Part shown: one piece after another, positions 41,301-51,269 of the stretch
How positions within the stretch are numbered: position 1 is the first letter of the stretch
Layout: the number at the start of each line of letters is the position of its first letter
Virus record (IMG/VR): IMGVR_UViG_2840468577_000004
Source: a virus
Strand: one strand, 5' to 3'
DNA: 64,000 nucleotides
Position numbers and translations under genes: made by a program
The notes under the pieces: model-generated
The model's input: the letters and a program-made list of their open reading frames with translations, nothing else
What the model was told of the DNA's origin: nothing
Database searches by the model: none

Positions 41301-41580
41301 CCCCGTACCATGTTGTATTTTCTCCTACAGCTTTCGTATGGTTGTAAATACGGAAAAGCTGCGGGTTATCTTCATCATTCGCCTTTGCTTTTATGATTGC
41401 GTCATTCTCTAAGTATTTCGCCAAATGTCCTTTTGTCGGATACGTCAACGCAAGCTCATATATTCCGTTTCTTTCCTCGGTTACAATGCAGCTTACCGCA
41501 TCTGTTAAAAACCCTATTCCATTTGTCGTAAAATCTTTTTCTAAGGCATCATATAGAATCGGTATCAAAGTCTGCACCAC
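38368..41580 (-). CDS. Tail spike / Tal-like protein with an internal carbohydrate-binding-like module
   Basis: 1070 aa; VTEERNGIYEL, QLFRIY, IEYGKNL, VWRWNLAGLG. Confidence 0.85.
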   Translation of the reverse strand: MVQTLIPILYDALEKDFTTNGIGFLTDAVSCIVTEERNGIYELALTYPTKGHLAKYLENDAIIKAKANDEDNPQLFRIYNHTKAVGENTTWYGEHISYELNGNPVDCFTVSEVNGERALHELLDAAILPHEFTCASDITTTNSTSIDGAVSVRNAMGGTEGSLLDVWGGEYHYDNYRVELLKARGVDNGVTIEYGKNLIDAKQEKNIADVVTVIFPYAKYTAEGAEQKTYITLPEKVLQHENANKYATLRCEIVDFSGEWESGTIITTDMLRAKAKEYLGKLSIEPKVNITLSFASLKKTKDYKNIKAFESVKLCDIVTVKILPLDINVKAKITKVKYDSIKERYESLEIGAARTNLTKTITAAQKEAQELIVKNQTRAEQIKKQIENTIKNVTAAITGNSGGYVVLHPEKNPQEIFILDTPDTSKAKNVWRWNLAGLGHSSTGVNGEFTTAITADGQIVADFITAGELTGAILKAGTVYAEALDVEYRNKVTKHATDAAEAALNSAKQYANGLQESTNKEIQDVNNAIDDINNELETTVADGIITESEKAAIQKMLQIIVKEKEEADAKHEELFDNDYVPSAELNAMHKAWLTVFGTANTAKYNVLVTAINNVINSETKEEIEKNMETYRTAYSEYGSAVTEYQTAVSIAIEAAANAYAAEKANSVGETVTKEMTAKIESTASEITLLCKTIEEHNMHNYVAGGDFKDGFTDEWYTSSENNEVITDSTLGVCAKISKTSSTPSYIRCKIGVLPAGTYRVRYKAAAASGSESNARVQCTFYSTQTTAYGLLKSTEWTTVEREVTLPESTSTRYLYLYAYTQGAAVYVKDVEVLGQMSVYTEAQLKINSDSITQEVKRAKGIEDELRASIKVNAENITSCVTKGNVGSYITQYYNNVIVAFNNSSKYVQINAGEIAIYDYGVSASKKRAVFDEQGNHFYRDNYYVGKIGTNQWVDNNAHKGLVFDLETQGKYMAWAQKPTEGASSYTTILCYSRANSIFTQVGLHLGCNMYGHGWILDNVDLRNCSANGYTTFTGTLPVVLEIHKTDNNGGIGWTYGNVYIKNGLITSIPQ

Positions 41581-42329
41581 CTCGGTATAATTTCCACTTT
41601 TGTTACATTGCCAGCCCAGCTTATGTTATTTGCTCCTGCTGTCAGCTTCGGGAAAAGTTCAGTAACCATTTTACTGTTTTGTAGCAGATCACCTTTATAT
41701 GCGTTCATTATTTCGCCGTCAATCTCAATGTATTCGTTCACATCTTTAAAGGTGTGTGCCCGGTTATTGATATACAGCGTAATGCCACCACTTCCCGTTA
41801 TTTTTATATACGGCGTTGCCGTAAATCCCTCTGTGTTGTATATGGTTGCTGCTTTCGTTAGGGTTATTGTCTTATCCCCGTTCAGCCGTCTTTCATATGC
41901 TTTGCACATGAATGTTATTTCTATCTCTCCCAGTAACCGCTTTGCCAGTTCTGACACGCTGGCGTTACTGTTTATATACGCCAGCCTATAACGTTCTGTA
42001 TTGTAAGTGTCGTACAGCCTGCTATACTCTATTCCCGGCGCATACAGCCACATATAAATGCTGTGTGCCAGTTCTTCTAAGCTCCTGCCCTGCGTGGCAT
42101 CTACGCAGCATGTATATTTCTGCTCATAGTCTTTAAATCTCTGGTTGTCCAGCGTGTCTATTCTGTTGTCCTGTATCAAAATGCCTCTTGCTGGCACTTC
42201 TACGGTGTCAATCTCCGGCTCTGCTGCTGAATCAGCGGCACTCTGCCCGGTAATAAATAAGCCCATATCCAACGAATTTATGCCATTATAGGTAAAGCTA
42301 TTTGCGCTTTCAAAATATTCACTAAGCAT
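41565..42329 (-). CDS. Distal tail protein (Dit)
   Basis: FTYNGINSLDMGL...FPKLTAGANNISW...IIPRW; follows the tape measure gene. Confidence 0.82.
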   Translation of the reverse strand: MLSEYFESANSFTYNGINSLDMGLFITGQSAADSAAEPEIDTVEVPARGILIQDNRIDTLDNQRFKDYEQKYTCCVDATQGRSLEELAHSIYMWLYAPGIEYSRLYDTYNTERYRLAYINSNASVSELAKRLLGEIEITFMCKAYERRLNGDKTITLTKAATIYNTEGFTATPYIKITGSGGITLYINNRAHTFKDVNEYIEIDGEIMNAYKGDLLQNSKMVTELFPKLTAGANNISWAGNVTKVEIIPRWCRL

Positions 42330-45222
42330 ATGCCGCCTCTTCCCTTTCTTTTATTTGGTCTGCAATTTCCAATATTTCCTCTGTAAGTTCTCTTATGTCC
42401 TGTTCCCTATTGTTGTAAAAATTCTCAATTTTTAACTGAATTTCATTTGTTGTACTGCCGCCCTGTTTACCGTTTACGGTATCCATTGCGGTATTTCTTG
42501 CCGTTGGTGTCAATGGCGTTACAATCGTCTGACCGTTTACCATTTGTATTAACTCTGGTCCCGCCTCTGCAACCATTGCCGCACCGTTCTGTAATACACC
42601 GCCATGTGCCAGCCTTGGCAGGCTTAAATATCCCAGCCCGCCTATATTTACGCCCGGTATCTTATTGATTAAGCCGATTGCCCCATTTATCAGCCCTATT
42701 GCACTGTTAATGGTTCTTTCAATCGTACTTATTACTCCGTTGATTCCGGCACGTACTGCACCACTGATTGCATTTGATATTGCAGTACCCAAATTAGAAA
42801 ACGTGCTTTTGATTCTGTCCCATAAACCGCTGAAAAAGCTGCCCCAGTTTGCAAATACCTGTTTTACAGCCTCCCACGCTGCACTAAATGTTGTCCTAAA
42901 GAAATTTCCTACCGCACTGAATATTATTTTTACACTGTTCCATGCTGTGCTGAAGAAATTAGCAAACCCAGCCCAAATGCTTTTAATTCCGTTCCATGCG
43001 TCACTGAAATTCCCCGTTAATACATCTTTTACTACTGAAAAGATTGTTTTAATACCATTCCATACTGCTTGGAAATACGCTACTACAACGTCCCATACCG
43101 CCTTTATGACTTCCCACGCCGTACTAAAGAACGCCCCCAGCACTTCCGCTACCACAGAAAATACAATTTTGATATTTTCCCAAATTGTAGTAAAGTACAT
43201 TACCGCAACGTCCCAAACGGTTTTTATCAGCTCCCACGCAACCGAAAAGAAGCCGCTTAATACTTCGCCAACTACAGAAAATACAGTTTTTATTGCTTCC
43301 CACAAAATCATAAAATACGGTGCTACCAAATCCCACACAGCCTTTATAATTTCCCATGTATCGCTAAAAATCTGTGCGATATCTGCCATGATCTGCTGAA
43401 TTACGCCCCATATCATTTCTATGTACGGCTGTATAAATCCCCATATCTCCTGCATTTTGTCCCATACTGCGCTTATAAATTCTTTGATTGCATCAATGGC
43501 ATTTCCTACAAAATCTTTGATTGCAGAAAAAATGCCGTCAACTATTTCTCTAAACCATTCACACTTGTTATATAGGACAACCAACGCCGCCACCAATGCG
43601 GCTATTGCTATCACTACTATCATTACTGGATTCGCTGCCATTACTGCATTTACTGCTGCAATCGCAGGCTTTAACATCTTGCATACGTTTATTATGCCCG
43701 ATATCGCCCCCGCCACCTTGCTTATAATCAATAATGCCGGGGCTAAAGCTGCCACAACTGCCAGAATAATAGCAATCGTTTCTTTCTGCCCATCTGACAA
43801 GTTTCTAAACCAGTCCGTAAAGTTCTTTACTGCACTTGTTACTTTTTCAATGGCAGGCTTCAATGCTGATAACGCTGTGCCTGCCAAATCACTGCCCGCA
43901 AGTTTCAGATTATTCAGCGTTGTTTTCGCTTCGTCCCATGGGTCTAATGTTGCCTCATAGGTATCCTGTACTACGTTCCCGTAATCGTCCAACGATGCGC
44001 CCAAATCGTCTAAGCTCAACTTACCCTCTCGGATCGCCTGCGCCATTTCCGCAAAACCTTTAGAGCCAAACGTTTCCTGCGCTATAGATAACGCCTCTGT
44101 TTCTGTGCTGGCGTTTTTGATTCTGTCAATCGTCTTTTGCAGTGCTTCATTTGTGCTTAATCCCTCTGCGGTATAATTCTTAACGGACTTTTTCAATCCT
44201 GCCATTGCTGTTGTTGCATCAACACCGTTGTTCTCAAATGCAGCCAGTAAATTTACACTTTCTGTAATCCCCAGCCCCATTTCTTTTAAGGTGCTGCCGT
44301 TCTGCATCAATGAATTTTCCAACGTATCCATTGATAACCCGGTATCCTGTCCTGTCTTTGTCAGAAGTCCCAGCACATTGCCTGCCTGTGATGCGTCAAC
44401 ATTGAATTTATTTAAAATCGTATCAACGTTATCTATTGATGTATTGAGGTCTGTATCATTGATTTCAGAGAACTCTATAAACTGCTGTGACAGTTTTTCA
44501 AGTTCTTCCCCTGTAAGCTGGAAACGTGTATTTACTTCTCCGATTGCCGTACCTGCTGTTTCTGCATCAATCGGCAAACTTGTAAATATGTTTTCCATGC
44601 TGCCTTGCAGGCTTTCCAGTGCTTCGCCTGTTGCGCCTGTTTTGGTTATCACAATGTCATAGCCATTATCTATGTCCATTGCTGCCGCATACGATGCAGC
44701 CCCCACCGCTGCCGCTCCTGCTGATAACGGTGCTAATGCTTTTGCCGCTGCTCCTGCTTTATTGCTCACAGTGTCCAGCGCACTTGCCGCTGCATCAATC
44801 TTGCTTACTTTTTCTGCTGTATCGTCTGCTGCATCAGCCACGCCCTCAAGCTCTTTATTGCTTTCCTGCGCCTGCTGCTCCAAATCTCCCAGTTTGATTT
44901 CTGTTGATGCAATTTCTCTTTGTAACGCTCGGTACTGTTCCTCGCTTACTTCGCCATTTTCAAACTGCTCCTGTACCTGTTTTTCCGCTTCTTTCAGCGT
45001 ATCCAGCTTTTCTTTTGTACTTCCTATAGCTTCTTTCAGAATCTTTTGTTTTTGTGCCAAAAGCTCTGTATTTGAGGGATCTAGTTTTAATAGCTTGTCT
45101 ACTTCCCTCAATTCTTTCTGTAAAGAACTGCATGAGCTGTTTACCCCGGAAAGTGCTTTTGATAATTTGGTAGTATCGCCGCCAATTTCTATGGTAATGC
45201 CTTTAATGTTTCCTGCTGCCAT
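42322..45222 (-). CDS. Tail tape measure protein
   Basis: 966 aa; IKGITIEIGGDTT; Trp/Phe 11-residue periodic repeats. Confidence 0.93.
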   Translation of the reverse strand: MAAGNIKGITIEIGGDTTKLSKALSGVNSSCSSLQKELREVDKLLKLDPSNTELLAQKQKILKEAIGSTKEKLDTLKEAEKQVQEQFENGEVSEEQYRALQREIASTEIKLGDLEQQAQESNKELEGVADAADDTAEKVSKIDAAASALDTVSNKAGAAAKALAPLSAGAAAVGAASYAAAMDIDNGYDIVITKTGATGEALESLQGSMENIFTSLPIDAETAGTAIGEVNTRFQLTGEELEKLSQQFIEFSEINDTDLNTSIDNVDTILNKFNVDASQAGNVLGLLTKTGQDTGLSMDTLENSLMQNGSTLKEMGLGITESVNLLAAFENNGVDATTAMAGLKKSVKNYTAEGLSTNEALQKTIDRIKNASTETEALSIAQETFGSKGFAEMAQAIREGKLSLDDLGASLDDYGNVVQDTYEATLDPWDEAKTTLNNLKLAGSDLAGTALSALKPAIEKVTSAVKNFTDWFRNLSDGQKETIAIILAVVAALAPALLIISKVAGAISGIINVCKMLKPAIAAVNAVMAANPVMIVVIAIAALVAALVVLYNKCEWFREIVDGIFSAIKDFVGNAIDAIKEFISAVWDKMQEIWGFIQPYIEMIWGVIQQIMADIAQIFSDTWEIIKAVWDLVAPYFMILWEAIKTVFSVVGEVLSGFFSVAWELIKTVWDVAVMYFTTIWENIKIVFSVVAEVLGAFFSTAWEVIKAVWDVVVAYFQAVWNGIKTIFSVVKDVLTGNFSDAWNGIKSIWAGFANFFSTAWNSVKIIFSAVGNFFRTTFSAAWEAVKQVFANWGSFFSGLWDRIKSTFSNLGTAISNAISGAVRAGINGVISTIERTINSAIGLINGAIGLINKIPGVNIGGLGYLSLPRLAHGGVLQNGAAMVAEAGPELIQMVNGQTIVTPLTPTARNTAMDTVNGKQGGSTTNEIQLKIENFYNNREQDIRELTEEILEIADQIKEREEAAYA

Positions 45223-45223
45223 G

Positions 45224-45499
45224 CTACCGCTCTCCTTTCCGCATCTTTTCCCGTAGTTTCTTTCTATCCGGCTTTGTTTGTTCCATTCTCCAGCAATTAT
45301 CTAAGTACTCTCTGCCCTCTTTCGTCTGCATGAGCCTGTGTATATTTGCCTCTCGCATAAAATACAAATACAAATCTATGGGCATTTCCTGTACGTCAGA
45401 TATCGTGATATTCAGATAATCAATTACCAGTTTTTCCCCTTTTGTATTCAATCTATAATGCACTTCGTCCCCGCTGCCGCCGCCCGGATAATACGGCAT
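45224..45499 (-). CDS. Tail assembly chaperone, frameshifted extension (gpGT-like)
   Basis: In the -1 frame of the upstream gene at C CCA AAT (45505-45511). Confidence 0.75.
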   Translation of the reverse strand: MPYYPGGGSGDEVHYRLNTKGEKLVIDYLNITISDVQEMPIDLYLYFMREANIHRLMQTKEGREYLDNCWRMEQTKPDRKKLREKMRKGER

Positions 45500-45501
45500 T
45501 T

Positions 45502-45834
45502 TTAATTTGGGTTATTCTTAATCGAATTGACAAAATCGCCGTAATCGTTAATGTATGCCACGATTTCCTCAATGTCGTACTCTTCACTTTCCAAATACTC
45601 TGCTGTAATCCGCTCCCCATTTTTATTGTTAGATAAGATTTCAGCCATAAGTGACAGCATTGTTTTATATACCTCTTTGCCGTCTACTTCCTCTTCGTCC
45701 AGCTCGCTAATTTCCTGCATCTTTTCAAATGTGCTTTTCTTCGGCATGTTTACAATTACTACTTTGCCGTCTTTCAGTGTTGTTGTATAAAAACTTCGTT
45801 TCATTTTTCCAAAATTAAAACTTTTGTTTGCCAT
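45502..45834 (-). CDS. Tail assembly chaperone (gpG-like)
   Basis: Between the major tail and tape measure genes. Confidence 0.75.
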   Translation of the reverse strand: MANKSFNFGKMKRSFYTTTLKDGKVVIVNMPKKSTFEKMQEISELDEEEVDGKEVYKTMLSLMAEILSNNKNGERITAEYLESEEYDIEEIVAYINDYGDFVNSIKNNPN

Positions 45835-45884
45835 GCTTTACTCTCCTTATTTTTGGCTGCGGGAATTGCCCCGCAGCCTTTTCT

Positions 45885-46424
45885 TTACGCTTCTGTAACG
45901 ATATCCTCGTCAAAAATCAGTAATGTACCGTCTTTATCCATTGGGTGTGCCTTAAACTGCGGCTCTATTGTGCTTTCTGCATCTTTGGCAAATGTAAAGC
46001 TAAAGCCCGCCTCATTTCTTCCCACAATCGTTACTCTGATATCTCCGTCCTCACTATCTTCGTGTAAAAATCTAATGAGATATTTTTTATGGTTCTGGTT
46101 TTTGATTCCACCGATTTTTACGGTTCTCTTTTTGGCTGTTTCGGTTACTCTCGCTGTTGCACACAGCTTTTCAAGTGTCTTTGCGCACCATGTAAGCAAG
46201 CCTGCCTTTAATGTCACATCTTCGCTGGTTAAAATCGTTTTCTGCACAACGCCCAAATCGTCCTTTGCTGTATATGTTTCTGCGGTGTACTCCAACGATG
46301 CGCCGCCCTTGATATGTGCAAGCTGGTTTTCGTCTGTTTCAATCGCTGTATCTTCCGGGATTTCCCCAGTAAAAACCATGCAATACAGCTTTCCACTGCC
46401 TAAAATAATTCTTTCGCTGTCCAT
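45885..46424 (-). CDS. Major tail tube protein
   Basis: IILGSGKLY...IKGGASLEY; synteny. Confidence 0.75.
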   Translation of the reverse strand: MDSERIILGSGKLYCMVFTGEIPEDTAIETDENQLAHIKGGASLEYTAETYTAKDDLGVVQKTILTSEDVTLKAGLLTWCAKTLEKLCATARVTETAKKRTVKIGGIKNQNHKKYLIRFLHEDSEDGDIRVTIVGRNEAGFSFTFAKDAESTIEPQFKAHPMDKDGTLLIFDEDIVTEA

Positions 46425-46428
46425 ATCC

Positions 46429-46779
46429 TTATCCTTTCTTTTTCACTTTCTCGTAAATTGTAAATTCGTATGCGGTCTGTACCATATCCTCGCTTTCAAT
46501 CGTATCTTGGTACTTTGTGTAATCCACATCAAATAACACTTTTTCTTCAATTTCTTTCTCTAAACTGCCGTCTACCACCTTGTCTGTGTACAGTTCCAGT
46601 GCTGCGTGTATCTCATGTAACAAAATTCTTTCATCACTTCCACGCCCCACTACCTGCGGCACGATATACACAAGATACGGCGGCTCTGGTAACGGGTTTT
46701 CCTTTGTTTCCCGGAACGCATCTTTTGCAAGTGGCAGCCCCGTTGCTTTTGCCCTGTCAATAATTGTTTCTAATCTCAC
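46429..46779 (-). CDS. Tail terminator-like protein
   Basis: PEPPYLVY, ELYTDK; synteny. Confidence 0.65.
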   Translation of the reverse strand: MRLETIIDRAKATGLPLAKDAFRETKENPLPEPPYLVYIVPQVVGRGSDERILLHEIHAALELYTDKVVDGSLEKEIEEKVLFDVDYTKYQDTIESEDMVQTAYEFTIYEKVKKKG

Positions 46780-47156
46780 TGCTGCACCGCCTTTTCTATG
46801 CGCTCCTGCAATTCTGTTACCATTTTTTCCTCTACAGGCTTAATATGTACCCTCGGCTTTACACGCCCGCCATTTCTGCTTGCATGTCCATATTCCAGTA
46901 AATGCGTAATCTGATAATCCGTTTTGTTAAACACAGTATTTCTTTTGGTGCGGGTATCTGCATAGGTCTGTTTTTTTCTCCAACCTCTTCTATAACTGCC
47001 TGTCAGTTTTGGGCTGCTCTGTTGCAGTTCGTCCACGCCCTCTTGTGCCACATCATCAACTATCGTTTTTATTTCGTCTGCTACATTCTGGTCGTACTCT
47101 GTAAGCCCGGCTGCAATCTCTGTTGCAAGGTCTTTTATATCTACTTCTTTGCTCAA
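46776..47156 (-). CDS. HK97 gp10-like neck protein
   Basis: SPKLTGSY...THLLEYGH. Confidence 0.8.
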   Translation of the reverse strand: MSKEVDIKDLATEIAAGLTEYDQNVADEIKTIVDDVAQEGVDELQQSSPKLTGSYRRGWRKKQTYADTRTKRNTVFNKTDYQITHLLEYGHASRNGGRVKPRVHIKPVEEKMVTELQERIEKAVQQ

Positions 47157-47464
47157 CGTCTGCCCACCCGCTTTTCAGCATACAATTCTGTCTTTTCTTC
47201 GTTCTTCCGTTTGTATGTTCGGTATACCGTCAGCCTCTGCCCGTTGTATTCAATCTCTGTTTGATTGCTGTATTCAAAACTCCATACCACAAATTTATAT
47301 TGCGGCTTTATGTCCTTTTGCCCTACCGCCTCAAACTCACTTTGCGTAATGCTCTCAACGTCACAGAAAATAATAGTTTTCTCTACCTCGCTGTCATTGA
47401 TCTGCTCACATAACGTAATTTCTTCCTGCATCTTATCCCTCTTTTGTGTTGTAATCTCCGGCAA
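47153..47464 (-). CDS. Head closure protein
   Basis: SITQSEF...VYRTY...TELYAE; synteny. Confidence 0.72.
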   Translation of the reverse strand: MPEITTQKRDKMQEEITLCEQINDSEVEKTIIFCDVESITQSEFEAVGQKDIKPQYKFVVWSFEYSNQTEIEYNGQRLTVYRTYKRKNEEKTELYAEKRVGRR

Positions 47465-47720
47465 GACACAGCGACATTTTCAACGCCTCATAACTCTGTT
47501 TGTATCTATCTGCTGCATTTTGGTAATTAAACTCTGCTTTCACAAACAACGTAACGGCTCTGATAATGAGCGCATCATTTTCGTTGATATTTACCACGCC
47601 TGCAAGCTGTAAATCCAACTTGCAGGCTGCAATACTGTTGTTTATGTCCTGTTCAATCACTGCGGATTTGCTTAAAATCCTCATGCTGCTTTTTATGGTA
47701 TCTGTTAATATTGTTTCCAT
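47433..47720 (-). CDS. Head-tail connector (gp6-like)
   Basis: 95 aa after the capsid module; DLQLAGV...YEALKMSL. Confidence 0.72.
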   Translation of the reverse strand: METILTDTIKSSMRILSKSAVIEQDINNSIAACKLDLQLAGVVNINENDALIIRAVTLFVKAEFNYQNAADRYKQSYEALKMSLCLAGDYNTKEG

Positions 47721-47730
47721 AAAACCGCCT

Positions 47731-48117
47731 CTACTTTGTGATTTTCGCCACTCCTGCTGCCACCAAAACCTCTGCCCGCTCTGTTGTTACAACAAATTCT
47801 TTGCCCGGTCTAAATGTCTGCTGTGCCTGTTTATCTTTGTAGGTTTCAATAATCGTTACTTTCACACTGGCTTTTTCGGTGTCCGTTTCGGACACTTCCG
47901 GCGTTGGCGTTTCCTGTTCTGCTTCTCCCGGTACTTCCGGCTGTTGCGGCTCTCCCTGCTGCGTTTCTTTCTCTTCCTGCTCTTCTGCATCTACTGCCGC
48001 AATTCTCTTTGCAAGCTCTTCTTTCGTTCCGATGTCACTCAACCCCAGCTCATTTGCAAGTTTCTGTAAATCTTCCTTTTTTCGCTTTTCAAGCTCTTTT
48101 ACATCAAAATGTGCCAT
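47731..48117 (-). CDS. Phage protein with an N-terminal SAP/HeH-like motif
   Basis: KEDLQKLANELGLSDIGTKEELAKRI. Confidence 0.65.
   Translation of the reverse strand: MAHFDVKELEKRKKEDLQKLANELGLSDIGTKEELAKRIAAVDAEEQEEKETQQGEPQQPEVPGEAEQETPTPEVSETDTEKASVKVTIIETYKDKQAQQTFRPGKEFVVTTERAEVLVAAGVAKITK
47879..47895. repeat. Palindrome GTGTCCG-TTT-CGGACAC, copy 1 (parS candidate)
   Basis: Identical copy at 54886-54902. Confidence 0.6.
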
Positions 48118-48134
48118 ATTGTGCCTCTCTTTCC

Positions 48135-49373
48135 TTATACCGACTTAACGCCCTTTTTTACTAAGATAATGCCGTTTGCATCGGCTACCTTGCCGTCCAC
48201 AACCATTAAGCACTTATTTTTGATTTTGTTGTTGTCGTGGTCTGTCCACTTCACTACCTGCATTTCCATGTTGGTATTGATAACGTAATCAGAGAAACTC
48301 ATAAATACCGCAATTACATCTCCCTCGTTTGCATCGTCCCAGCTCGGTAACACATCGTCCTCTACAGTTTCCACGTTCTTGCCCATGAAACGGTATGTTT
48401 CCTCTCCGTTCACGCCATAGTTTGTACGTCCAATCGGCTGCCCGTTCTTATCTTCCATGCCGTCAATGCCTGTATCAAACGTGGACTGATTCATAACGAA
48501 ACTGCCATTTCTGTACGCCTTTTTCATTTTGCCTTTTACTTTGTGCCAGCCATTCCAGCTCTCATACTCTTCCTGTGTCAGCGTAACAACCGTTGTTACC
48601 CTGCTGTCCTTTGTGACACCCAGCGGCTGCCCCTCTCCTGTACCGTTGAAAATGGCAATCTCAATAGCCTTTACCATTGCCTCTGTTGCCATAGGTACAA
48701 ACAGATCAGTAAACATTTTCAGAGTAACGACATTGGCTAAAATGCTCTGTGAAATTTTGCACTCTAAGCCGTAATAGTTGAATGTTACAGAAGTTTTTGC
48801 AGATGCTTTCTGGTCATCGCTGCTCTTTTCCTCTGCAATCCAGTGTGCCGTAGGTTTTAAATCTGCAATCGGAATGGATACGCCGCCCTGTACGTTAATC
48901 TTGCGTACTTTTGCGTAAATGCTGCCGTAGCTTTCCAGCTTTGTAATAATCTCATTCATAATAGAGGTTGGAATTACTGCGCCGCTGTCTGCTGTTGTAG
49001 TGTTTTCTGCCGCTCTATACTCCTGCGGAATAACCACGCCCCTGCACACATAGTTCATAAATGCTTTTCTGTATGCTACAGTGTCGTACTTATCCTCTGG
49101 CTCTGTTGCTGCTGCACCTGCGCCGCCTGCTCCTGCAAAGTTTCTAAATGTCATAGGCTCTGTGCCTGCGCCGCCTGTAGGCTCTCCCGCAGCAATTCTT
49201 GCAAGTAAATTTTTACGTTTTTCTGCTGCCGCCTGCAAAGAGGTTCTTTCTTCCTGTAATGCTGTTACCTCTGCTTCAAGTGCTGTCATTTCTTCGTCTG
49301 TAAGCTCTGCCGCTCTGGTGTTCAGCTCTTCTCTGATTTCTGCTAATCTTGCCTCAATTTCTTTTAATCTCAT
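48135..49373 (-). CDS. Major capsid protein (HK97 fold)
   Basis: Coiled-coil delta domain, AVIPTSI, IFNGTGEGQPLGV. Confidence 0.92.
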   Translation of the reverse strand: MRLKEIEARLAEIREELNTRAAELTDEEMTALEAEVTALQEERTSLQAAAEKRKNLLARIAAGEPTGGAGTEPMTFRNFAGAGGAGAAATEPEDKYDTVAYRKAFMNYVCRGVVIPQEYRAAENTTTADSGAVIPTSIMNEIITKLESYGSIYAKVRKINVQGGVSIPIADLKPTAHWIAEEKSSDDQKASAKTSVTFNYYGLECKISQSILANVVTLKMFTDLFVPMATEAMVKAIEIAIFNGTGEGQPLGVTKDSRVTTVVTLTQEEYESWNGWHKVKGKMKKAYRNGSFVMNQSTFDTGIDGMEDKNGQPIGRTNYGVNGEETYRFMGKNVETVEDDVLPSWDDANEGDVIAVFMSFSDYVINTNMEMQVVKWTDHDNNKIKNKCLMVVDGKVADANGIILVKKGVKSV

Positions 49374-49403
49374 GCTCTGTTTTTCTCCTTTTCATTTTCG
49401 CTT

Positions 49404-50012
49404 TTATAAGCTCGTCTTAATCTTTAGTATCATAGCCCGCCTTTTAAGCAACTCCTGCTTTTCCTGCTCATAACTCCTATTTGCAAAATTACGGGCACTT
49501 ATTTCAGTATCGTTATTTGCCGGAATACTTACGGCTGATACATCATAAACTTTTTTGATTTTTAGAATCGTTCTTGTGTGTGTTTCCCTGTCGTAGCTTT
49601 CCTCTGCTACGGTAAACGCCCATGACATTTTTGTTATCATGCCTGCGTCAATGTCCTGATACAAGCCCCTTGCCAAATCTGTTTTACTTAAATCTGCTGC
49701 CACAAATAATCCTTTCGCATCTGGCTCTAAAATCAATGTTTTGTTGGACTGTCTGGCAAATACCCTGCCTGTATGGTCGTACTGCATGATAACGTCACTC
49801 ATATCTGCATTATCCAGTGCGTGTGCGTCAATTCTTTCGTAAATCTTTGTACCGTCCTCAAATTCATATAAAAGATACGGTACGTTAAATGTAGTGGCGT
49901 ATCCCTCTACATAACATTCTGTATTTATGCGCTTATCGCTCGCAACTTGGGCAGTGAGTGGTGTTACCAGCGTTCTGTATTCCCGTTCTTTTTTAACTGG
50001 CATTATTAACAC
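49404..50012 (-). CDS. HK97-type prohead protease
   Basis: VEGYATTFN, YDH, MSWAF, DVSAVSIPA. Confidence 0.9.
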   Translation of the reverse strand: MLIMPVKKEREYRTLVTPLTAQVASDKRINTECYVEGYATTFNVPYLLYEFEDGTKIYERIDAHALDNADMSDVIMQYDHTGRVFARQSNKTLILEPDAKGLFVAADLSKTDLARGLYQDIDAGMITKMSWAFTVAEESYDRETHTRTILKIKKVYDVSAVSIPANNDTEISARNFANRSYEQEKQELLKRRAMILKIKTSL

Positions 50013-51252
50013 CCTCTTTCTCTGTTTGTCCGTCTTGTGTTTCTCCCGCTTCTGGTTGTGGGTTCTGTTCCCCTGCCTGCGGGACTTGCTGTATAACTAC
50101 TTGTGGCTCATTGCCTTTTTGCAGTTCGCTTACCTCTGTATACTCTTTGCGGATATAATATTTTTCTCCGTCCTCAACATGCGCCATATTCCATATATCC
50201 ATTACGCCATTTCTGTTTAGTAATGCCCTGTCAAATAGCTGCGTGCTTACGCTCAACTTTGTAGCATTGCTGGCGTATTGCAAACGGTTTGCAGAAAAGA
50301 AAATAGCATTTCCACACGCCCGCTCTCTTTCTGTAAAGCTCATGTTTGTCATTACTAAAGATAATTGAATTGCAAAAGGCTCTATTTTTCCCTCGTAATA
50401 GGCGTTCCATGTATTCTCGTCAAATTTGTTCTGCAAAATATCCATATTCGTACCAAAATGTGTACAAACATTTTCCTGTATGTGTTGCATCTGCAATGCG
50501 TTAGGTGTATACGGTTTACTCTCTACCTGCTTCAAGTCGGAAAATTTATTATCATAAATAATCATTCCGCTATCATTGTCTGCGCTTAAATTGTCCTCTG
50601 TAAAACGCTTGCGCTCTTTCTTTATATCCTCTGGTTTCAGCATGTTTGCAACCTTTGCTAAAAATCGGATATTTGCAGAGTTTTTTACTGCGTTTATGAT
50701 TCCCTCGTTTTGCGTATGTATCAACTGCATTGTGGGTGCAAGTGTGCTGTTATCCTCTCCAAACAGATCGTCTTTATATTCAAAATCTGTCATAATCCCC
50801 ACACGCTCAAACTCAATAGCTCCATAACTGCCATTTGCAAACAGGTAACGCAAATATAACTGCCCCTCGCACTCTATTACCTCGCAGCGTTCGGCACGCA
50901 ATGGATACCAGCCGCATAAACGCCCGTATTCGTCCTCTATCGGAATAATGAACGCTGTATGCTCTACAGCCACATACGTTGCCAGACGCTTAATAAATTT
51001 TGTCGTGTCCATAAAACAATTTGGTTTATGCTGTAATGTCTTTTCCAATGTTTTAAGGGCACTGCCCTCAATCTCTGGCTTTAATTTGCTGCAATGAGTG
51101 GCAAAATTGTTTACCGCTGTCCTTGTCAAATCCATTTCATATACACCGCCGCTAAAGCTGGTAAATGTCGGGCTGTAGCCGTTCAGCATTTTAAAATAAT
51201 TTCCTATGGCTTTTAATTCTTTGCCATGAAAAAGATAATCTAAAAATCTCAT
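49993..51252 (-). CDS. Portal protein
   Basis: 419 aa between terminase and protease. Confidence 0.88.
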   Translation of the reverse strand: MRFLDYLFHGKELKAIGNYFKMLNGYSPTFTSFSGGVYEMDLTRTAVNNFATHCSKLKPEIEGSALKTLEKTLQHKPNCFMDTTKFIKRLATYVAVEHTAFIIPIEDEYGRLCGWYPLRAERCEVIECEGQLYLRYLFANGSYGAIEFERVGIMTDFEYKDDLFGEDNSTLAPTMQLIHTQNEGIINAVKNSANIRFLAKVANMLKPEDIKKERKRFTEDNLSADNDSGMIIYDNKFSDLKQVESKPYTPNALQMQHIQENVCTHFGTNMDILQNKFDENTWNAYYEGKIEPFAIQLSLVMTNMSFTERERACGNAIFFSANRLQYASNATKLSVSTQLFDRALLNRNGVMDIWNMAHVEDGEKYYIRKEYTEVSELQKGNEPQVVIQQVPQAGEQNPQPEAGETQDGQTEKEGVNNAS

Positions 51253-51269
51253 GCCGTTTACTCTCCTTT

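Noticed and set aside
42665..45256. Several plus-strand ORFs of 140-240 aa
   Set aside because: Antisense shadows of the tape measure gene
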